A DNA stretch of 63,766 nucleotides, filler included, from Olpidium bornovanus S191 (lineage: Eukaryota; Fungi; Olpidiomycota), in assembly GCA_017911155.1 (NCBI GenBank). It is 32 parts of 32 records of this genome, joined end to end, with 100 filler letters (N's around TTAATTAATTAA, not from the genome) between each part and the next. Parts side by side here need not be neighbours in the genome. Positions count along the whole stretch, not along the records: positions 54,985 to 58,115 come from JAEFCI010002547.1; positions 58,216 to 60,699 come from JAEFCI010005205.1; positions 60,800 to 62,483 come from JAEFCI010011234.1; positions 62,584 to 63,766 come from JAEFCI010004956.1; 28 more parts are not named here. One strand, given 5' to 3'. Numbering within the stretch: position 1 is the first letter of the stretch; every line of letters starts with the position of its first letter. The notes beneath the pieces are model-generated. The model was not told the DNA's origin and searched no databases. It saw only the letters and a program-made list of their open reading frames with translations. This document shows, piece after piece, positions 57,125-63,766 of the stretch. Position numbers and translations under genes: made by a program.

Positions 57125-58616
57125 TTCAGGAAAATTGGTCGTGCGGTCTGCGACCGGGAGAACGTCTCGAGATTCGTACTGGCGCGCCGGTTTGCGACGA
57201 AAATACGGCTAGCAGACGGAACGCGACTTGAGGGGGGGCGCGGACGCAGGGGTTCACGGAGCGGCCATCGGACCCGAGAAGGCAATGTCTTGTTTGGCCG
57301 GGCCGACACACCTCGTTTGCGGGGTAAGGCGGGGGGGTCTGTCCTGGGGGTTGAAAGCTTCCCGGTGTTCGCAACGTCGGCAGACCACTTCATTTCGCCG
57401 CGGCAACCCGCGCCGTCCAAGTGCGTTTACCGCCTCGAGGGCCACCTCCCGCGCTTATCCGGGTTCAAGAGGCCGCAGGCCGAACGGCTGGTGCTGGGAC
57501 GATCGGCAGCTTCGGGAACCTCTTGCGAACGCACGACTCGCTTGGCGCGCGCGAATTTTGCTTTTAGTCTCCCAGACCCCCTTCTCCCCCTCTCCCCCTC
57601 CCCCCCTCCGGCAGTTCTCTGTATATATATATATAATGTATGTATATGGATATGTATATATAGTATCGGAATAGTGTTGTCTTGACTCTGTACGCTACTC
57701 GAGCCGGTCGCCCGGCCCGGACGCCGCCCCGCTCGAGGTGCTGACGAGGAGAATGGCGGCTGTGAGGGACAGGGGCGGCTAGAGCGTCGCGGAGTATTTT
57801 TTGGTGGGTGCTCAGGTGACATTGCTCGGCGCAAATGGTCTACTCTAAGACCCTGCTCTCCGGATGCTGTACTGCAAGCGGCGTATGCTCTGAACGGAGC
57901 AATGCCAGGTGGTTTTTATCCGGTTGGTTTAATAGCACCGAATGCAAAATCTTTTTTTTTTTTTTTGGGGGGGGGGGGGAAGGGGGAAAGGGGGGGTTCG
58001 ATCAATCGACTGATCTTGCAAATATTTGGCTCTCCTCGCCCACCGGTGATTTCGGGTTCCCGAACCGCTTGGCGTCGTCTACTTTTTTCGTTTCCGGGAC
58101 GGCGAGCCGAAGATCNNNNNNNNNNNNNNNNNNNNNNNNNNNNNNNNNNNNNNNNNNNNTTAATTAATTAANNNNNNNNNNNNNNNNNNNNNNNNNNNNN
58201 NNNNNNNNNNNNNNNCGGTGGTATTCGCGCTTCGCGGTCGCACGTTTCGCCAACTCGCACCCAGCTGACGCCGAAGGCCTGCAGATCTGATCTGACAGTA
58301 GTTCAAGGTGGAATATCAGGCAAACCAGACGGCATGGTCAGAAGCTTGTGAGGTTCCTGAGGTTCCTGTCAATCCTTTCTGTCAGTTAAACCCCTCGTTG
58401 GAGGTTTCACTCGCCGTTCGATTGATGCCCCCCCCAACCCCCCCCCCCCTAACCCCCCTCCCCCAAGACGAGGTGCCAATCGTGCCTTCGTTGTGGTCGT
58501 CTCCGTTGCCGTCACCGCTGACTTTTGCCATCGCTGTCGTCTTTGCTGTCACGGCCGTTGCCGCTTTCACCGTCACAGCAGTGCTCCACCTTTGCCGCAC
58601 CCCCTCTCCCTGTTGA

Positions 58617-58850
58617 GAATCTGCATCGGACTCCGCGTCAGGTTCCGCGTCGGAATCTACGTCGGATTTCTGCGTCAGACTCTTTATTCGGATCCGCAGT
58701 CGATGCTGAGTCAGGTTCCACACCAAATCTTGCACAGGATCCCTGTTGGATTCTGCATGCGGAATTTGCAAGTTGGAATCCGCCGCATGTTTCTGTGTTA
58801 GATTCGTGCGCCAGATTCTGCGACGGATTCTACATCAGATTCTGCATTCG
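58617..58850 (+). repeat. decayed 12-bp repeat array (consensus about GATTCTGCATCG, i.e. DSAS)
   Basis: gaatctgcatcg gactccgcgtca ggttccgcgtcg gaatctacgtcg gatttctgcgtca ... gattctgcgacg gattctacatca gattctgcattc, with indels. Confidence 0.7.
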
Positions 58851-60108
58851 GTCCATGCATTGTGTACTGCCTAATACTGGCTCGTGGCTCGTAGTCCAAG
58901 TTTATGTTCTCGAATCCCCCCCTTCTTCCCCCCCCCAACTCCCCTCCCTTCCCGTGTCGCGGTGCACCAAGCAAGTTCGGCAGTTCTGCGGAGTAGAATC
59001 CCTGGCTTGACGGAGGCGAGTGGGATCTCTCCCCCGAAAGGTTAAGCGAGGCGGCGGGCCGCGGGGGCTTTGCCGCAGGCGGCCAGCCCCGCTCAGCGGC
59101 GGCTGCGGGCGGTTAACCCCGGACCCATGGAGGAGGGGTTGTTTTCGCGCGGTTCGTGCGGTCCTTGCTCACGCGCAACGGAAAACCGTCTTTCCTGGCT
59201 GTCAATTTGAGTGCCCCAAGTGAACAGGGGTCTGACGGCCTGTGCTTTTCCCGCAGCCGGGCGTTTCCCCTTCCCCCGGACGGTGAAAAGACGACAACCA
59301 AAAAAAAAAAAAAAAAAAAAAAGCCAACCGGCGGTACTACTTGTTTTTTTTTTTGCGTGGTCGAGCGAGGAAGGGAGGGGGAGGAAGGGGGAGGGAAGGG
59401 GTTCAGAGAAGTTTCGTTTCTCGTGTTTTAGCAAATGCGAAGGGGGGAGGAATGGAGAAAAAGAGAGGGGACCGGAAAATGCGGAGTGCCGGGGAAAAGG
59501 AAGCGAGGGAACAAAAAAAAAAGAAAAAAAGGAAGAAAACCCGGTCTCAGGATGGAGGACGGATGTTGGGGAACAGGCTAGGAGAGGAAAGGGGGGAGGG
59601 TGTGTGTTGCGAGTGTGTTTGCGTTTGAGTGTGTGTGTGAGCGTAAGTGAGTGAGTGAGTGAGTGAGTTGGTGTGTTGTTAAGGCCGGAGCGAACCTGGG
59701 GGGAATTCTACGTAATCTCCTATATCTAGCAAACAGTGCATGACCGGCAAACCGGACGGAAAAACGTGACGCAGGAAAAGGGGGATTGGGGAGGGTGAAC
59801 GGGTACCGGGGACCGACGTCTCTATCCTCTACTTCAGCGGGCAACCAAGGGACCTATGCGCAACGCGTTAGCAAACGGAACGCAACAGGAAAAAAAAAAA
59901 GTGAAGCATGGAAGAAGAAAGGAGGGGGGGACGGTGTGGGCGGGGAAGGGGGAAGGGAAATATTTGATGATGTCTTGTCTTCTCTTTCGTGCTTTCGTCT
60001 AGCGGTCGTTTGTCCCCGGTTGAATGGAAAAGAAAAACATTGAACCTCGTACTTGCGGAGAAACCGCCCGCTGCATCGAGCGCGCAGGGGTCGAGACCCG
60101 CCTGGTGT

Positions 60109-60699
60109 TTAGTGCTTGAGCGAGTTCAGTCCCGGCACGGCGGAGTTGGCGTTCGGGTTGACGGCGCACATCCAGATTCGGGTCTTGTAAATCTTAAACA
60201 GGTCACGAACGAGCTCCCGGAAGTCGATCCGCCGCTCGGCAATGAAGTAGAAGGTGAGCTTGCGGCGATCCCTTTTTTATTTATCATTCGTGCGCCCGAT
60301 GTAGATTATTGTAAGCAAACGAGGTCGAAGTCGACAGCGGCAGGGAAAAAAAAAAAGCGGAAGCGCCCGCCGAATCCGGGAGTGGGAAGCCGGGCGGGTG
60401 GGTGATTCAGCCCCATAAGCAGAACAACGGCAGCTCACCATTGGTACTCCGCGTCGACGACCTCCATAGGAAGGTTCTTGTGTCTGACCTTGGTCTGACA
60501 AAGCAGCATGGCCTTGCTCTCGTCCTGGCTCTTGTTAACGAGCATAGTAACCTCGGCGGGCTGCGCGAGCCTGTAGATCCCCTTGGGGTGGAGTTCCTTG
60601 ACGGGTGACTGGGTGGGTGCGAGCATGCCCGGGATGCTCATGCCCATCTCCGCGACCGCGGCCGCCTCAGCCTGGCGCTGCTGTAGCATCTGCACCTGC
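60109..60699 (-). CDS. PSP1 C-terminal domain protein, last two exons
   Basis: [12 protein letters not shown]...[66 protein letters not shown]. Confidence 0.93.
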
Positions 60700-60799
60700 N
60701 NNNNNNNNNNNNNNNNNNNNNNNNNNNNNNNNNNNNNNNNNNNTTAATTAATTAANNNNNNNNNNNNNNNNNNNNNNNNNNNNNNNNNNNNNNNNNNNN

Positions 60800-60869
60800 A
60801 AAAAAAACCAAAAAAAACCAAAAAAAACCAAAAAAAACCAAAAAAAACCAAAAAAAACCAAAAAAAACC
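60800..60869. repeat. (AAAAAAAACC)7 decanucleotide repeat at contig start
   Basis: Seven perfect 10-bp units, read directly. Confidence 0.95.
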
Positions 60870-61101
60870 AAAAAAATCAAATCAAAAAAAGGAAACAAAA
60901 ATAAAAAAAGAGATTCGACGGGGTGCAGCCGCCATCCCCATCCCCGCGAGAAATGCAATGTGCCCAGGGCCATCTCTCCGCCCACCGCCCTCCCCTCCCC
61001 TCCCCTCCCCACCCCTCCCACCCTCAACCACACCCCCCTTCCCCTTCCCGTTCGACATCCACGATGATCATCACAGATCTCAGGTAACAGTACACCGGCA
61101 T

Positions 61102-62483
61102 TCACGAGTCCAAAGACAACGAATCGGATCGCTCTCGCCCGAAAGCCTCGTCGTCCTCCTCGTCGCCCGCCTGCGCGTCCCGCCCAAACATCTCCGGCGG
61201 CAAGCCGCCGCCGCCGCCGCCGCCGTCGACAGCCGCGCGCTTTTCCCGGGAGCCGACGCCGTTCCCGCCGTTCCCGCCGCCCCCCGGCGCGGCATTCCGC
61301 GCTCTGCCCGGCGGTCTCTCGATAACGTCCACCTCGGAAGGCGGCGGTTTGAAGACCGTGCCCGTAAAGAAAAGGAACACGATGAAGAACAGCAGGACGT
61401 ACAACACCACCCGCCGCGGTGTTGTCCGCCCGCAGCGTACGTTGACTTCTCTTAATGTGCCAGGATTTTCGCAGAATTGGGTGTCAGGAGAGGTAGAAAA
61501 CAGGAGGCACCTCGAAGACGAAAAAACAAAAAATAAAATAAAAAAATAAAAAAAGAGGCGTACCCTAAAATTGACGATAGAAACCCCCATACAGCGAGAT
61601 TTCCGCGTGAATGTCGCCGGCTGTATTTGCTGCGCTCATCGTCGTCGCGATCCCCAATGTTTCCTCTCCCTAGCGGAAACGCCGATCCCCTTGGATAAAG
61701 GCCTGAGATGCGTTAGCCGAACAGCGAGCAAGCGAGACGGGGATATTAAATGCACAAATCAGGGAGCGGCCGGCAACGGGCGGGATGCGGTGCCAAACCG
61801 AAAAGTCATACCTGGATCCGGCCCCCCAATACTGTCTTTCTGTGCAGAAATCGCCGAGGGCGCATTCGCCCACGGAGCATAGGCACCGTTCGTCGGAAAG
61901 GCCGCTTCGGCGCCGGTCGCCGCCGGAGTTCGCGGAGACCGCAGAGAAGCGGTTGCACCCCGCGCGGTTGGCACCAGCGACACGTCGCCACCAAGCAAAG
62001 ATTTCGTGTTGGCCTTCGTAGCCTGCACACCGCCAGCGTTCGAACCAAGAAAAGGCTCCGTTGCCGCCGCCGGCTACGAGAGATGGGGAGGCAACCGCAT
62101 TAGGCGGAGTTCAAACAGAAGTGGAGCCGAAGATGTTTCAAAAGAAACGCGCAGCTGTTCGCTGCTGCCGCTAACCTTCTTCGGCAGCATTCGTTGCGCC
62201 CAAATCGAGTTGGCAAAGACGTCCCTGATATTGTTAGCGATTTGCGTTTCCGTCGTTGGAGGCGGAATTATCGGCACATTGCAAGTCGGACAAGCTGCAA
62301 ATGTCGACAAAGGGGGGTCATTTGCAAGAAGCAGGAATCAAAATCCCATCAACCGCACAAAGCGACAATAGTGGACGGTCCCGACGAGCGCGATCTTGGG
62401 TCTGTGTTGTGGAACCCACCATACGCAGCCGACGGGGTATTCTCGGGCAAACGAGCGGCGTAGTCATCCAAACATCGGACATG
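61102..62483 (-). CDS. ZFPL1: zinc finger protein-like 1 homolog (Golgi RING/PHD-like protein with C-terminal TM), 5-prime truncated
   Basis: HVRCLDDYAARLPENTPSAAY/ACPTCNVPIIPPPTTETQIANNIRDVFANSIWAQRML parallels metazoan ZFPL1 [26 protein letters not shown]..PIFPP...LRE.L..VNWAR. Downstream TM RRVVLYVLLFFIVFLFF. Confidence 0.85.
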
Positions 62484-62583
62484 NNNNNNNNNNNNNNNNN
62501 NNNNNNNNNNNNNNNNNNNNNNNNNNNTTAATTAATTAANNNNNNNNNNNNNNNNNNNNNNNNNNNNNNNNNNNNNNNNNNNN

Positions 62584-63766
62584 GAGCGAGGGCGGTGGTG
62601 CCGGGGCAGTTGCTGAAGAGATCGGGCGCGGTGGCGGCATTGCAGGCGCTCCGCTGGGTGCATGCGGGGTGGGTGGCAGCGGGATAGGCGCCGCTACGGT
62701 CGCCGAAGGGGCCGGCGCCGTGCCCATTCCAGGCGTCGTTACAGGTGCGCTGGCTCCCGAGAAAGCACCGCCAGGCACAGCAGGAGGTCGCGCGTAGGGA
62801 GGTTGACCAGGGGCGACTTGTCGCACTCCAGGTGGCGGAGGAGGCGGCAGCCCGCCCGGAGGCGGCGGCGGCACCGGGGCAGCCGGCATCGAGGGCGGGT
62901 ATCGCGAGGGGGATCCCATCATTTGCATTTGCGGGTAAACCTGCGGATAACTAATAGGCGGTGGGGTTGGAGGCAAGCTCTGCGGCTGCGGCGGCTGCTG
63001 CTGTGGGAACTGTGGCCCGATGTTGTCTCTGCACGGAATATACTGTGCTTTAGCAGTCATGCAAAATACAAAACTGCAGAAAGGGTACCAACGAGCATGA
63101 CCCACCCTTTCCTGTACGCCGCCGTGGCGTCCTCAGCGGGCGGGACCCATCCCCCCTTCGCAGCCTGCTGCGCAGTCCTGCCGATGGACGCCGTATGGCC
63201 GTCCCAAATGACCTTTTGCTTTTCCGCCACTTTGGCCCGCTCCGCGTCCTCGTCGATCTTCTTGCCAATCTCCACCTCGTCCGCAGAGCCAAAAATGTCT
63301 GAACGGAAGGCGGAAAAGCCGGCCAGATTCTTTGCAACGTCCGTGCCTGTAAAATGCGGGTCGCGTTCGAACAATTCAATATGATTCAATACGACATTGT
63401 GGCGAGGGCAACCAGGGAAAGCGCGCTAAAAAAATTCGAGAAAAGCAACGAAATGGCTTATCCAAGGTATTCATAAACGCTTTAAGCAACATTTCGAACG
63501 CACCTTCCCGCAGAAGATTGGACTCCTTCTTCTTCGCCTCGTTCGCTTCTTTCTGCTCCTTCCATTTGGGGTCAAGTAGCTCGATGCGCATGTGCTCTGC
63601 CATTTCCGATACAGGAAACGACTGGTTACACCGCGGGCACACCTCCATGGGCTCCCCAAACGAGGCCGCTTTGCCGACGAGGGCTTTCGGCACGTAGTCA
63701 GTGCGGATCTTAACGGCCGTGGGACCGTTCTCGGGCTTTCGATGTGAGGTTGAAAGTCCTGCTGGA
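62584..63766 (-). CDS. SF3A1: splicing factor 3A subunit 1 (Prp21/SAP114), internal fragment
   Basis: KIRTDYVPK...CPRCNQSFPVSEMAEHMRIELLDPKWKEQK...DVAKNL...RSDIFG...VIWDGHTASI, then a proline-rich tail. Confidence 0.95.

Noticed and set aside
3393-62583. Regularly repeated TTAATTAATTAA flanked by Ns, as a biological repeat or array
   Set aside because: Identical 100-nt stop-in-all-frames scaffolding spacer; artificial.
1-63766. rRNA, tRNA, snRNA genes or viral capsid/polymerase genes
   Set aside because: No such signature recognised by eye; tRNAscan-SE, Infernal and viral HMM searches were not run, so small RNAs could be missed.

Overview
This window is not one locus. It is 32 short eukaryotic contigs (about 1.0-4.4 kb) joined by 31 artificial 100-nt linkers (N44-TTAATTAATTAA-N44), so gene adjacency across a linker means nothing. 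The DNA is GC-rich and intron-dense (GT-AG introns, micro-exons, long homopolymers). The gene set points to an early-diverging (non-Dikarya) fungus; this is inference from protein motifs, not a database result. Recognisable genes, mostly truncated: a fungal DnaJ protein, aminoacylase-1, a SAC-domain phosphatase, a LYAR-type zinc finger, WSS1, RPC11, a CNH-domain protein, UTP20, ALG10, EMC8/9, UTP10, a RasGEF tail, COG7, importin-7/NMD5, DPY30/SDC1, INTS7, STU1/CLASP, SRP9/21, a PSP1-domain protein, ZFPL1 and SF3A1/PRP21. There are also decayed Ty3/gypsy, Ty1/copia and MULE remnants and several minisatellites. No rRNA, tRNA or CRISPR array is supportable. Most interesting: (1) a four-exon Integrator subunit 7 homolog in a fungus-like genome; (2) an ankyrin protein with a TRANK1-like, possibly RelE-fold segment, a candidate innate-immunity effector; (3) 22 of 64 contig ends at or within 2 nt of CATG; (4) an 8-nt micro-exon and frequent AAG splice acceptors; (5) a recurring RTCACGTGAY promoter palindrome. 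All family calls are by-eye motif recognition and need HMM or BLAST confirmation.
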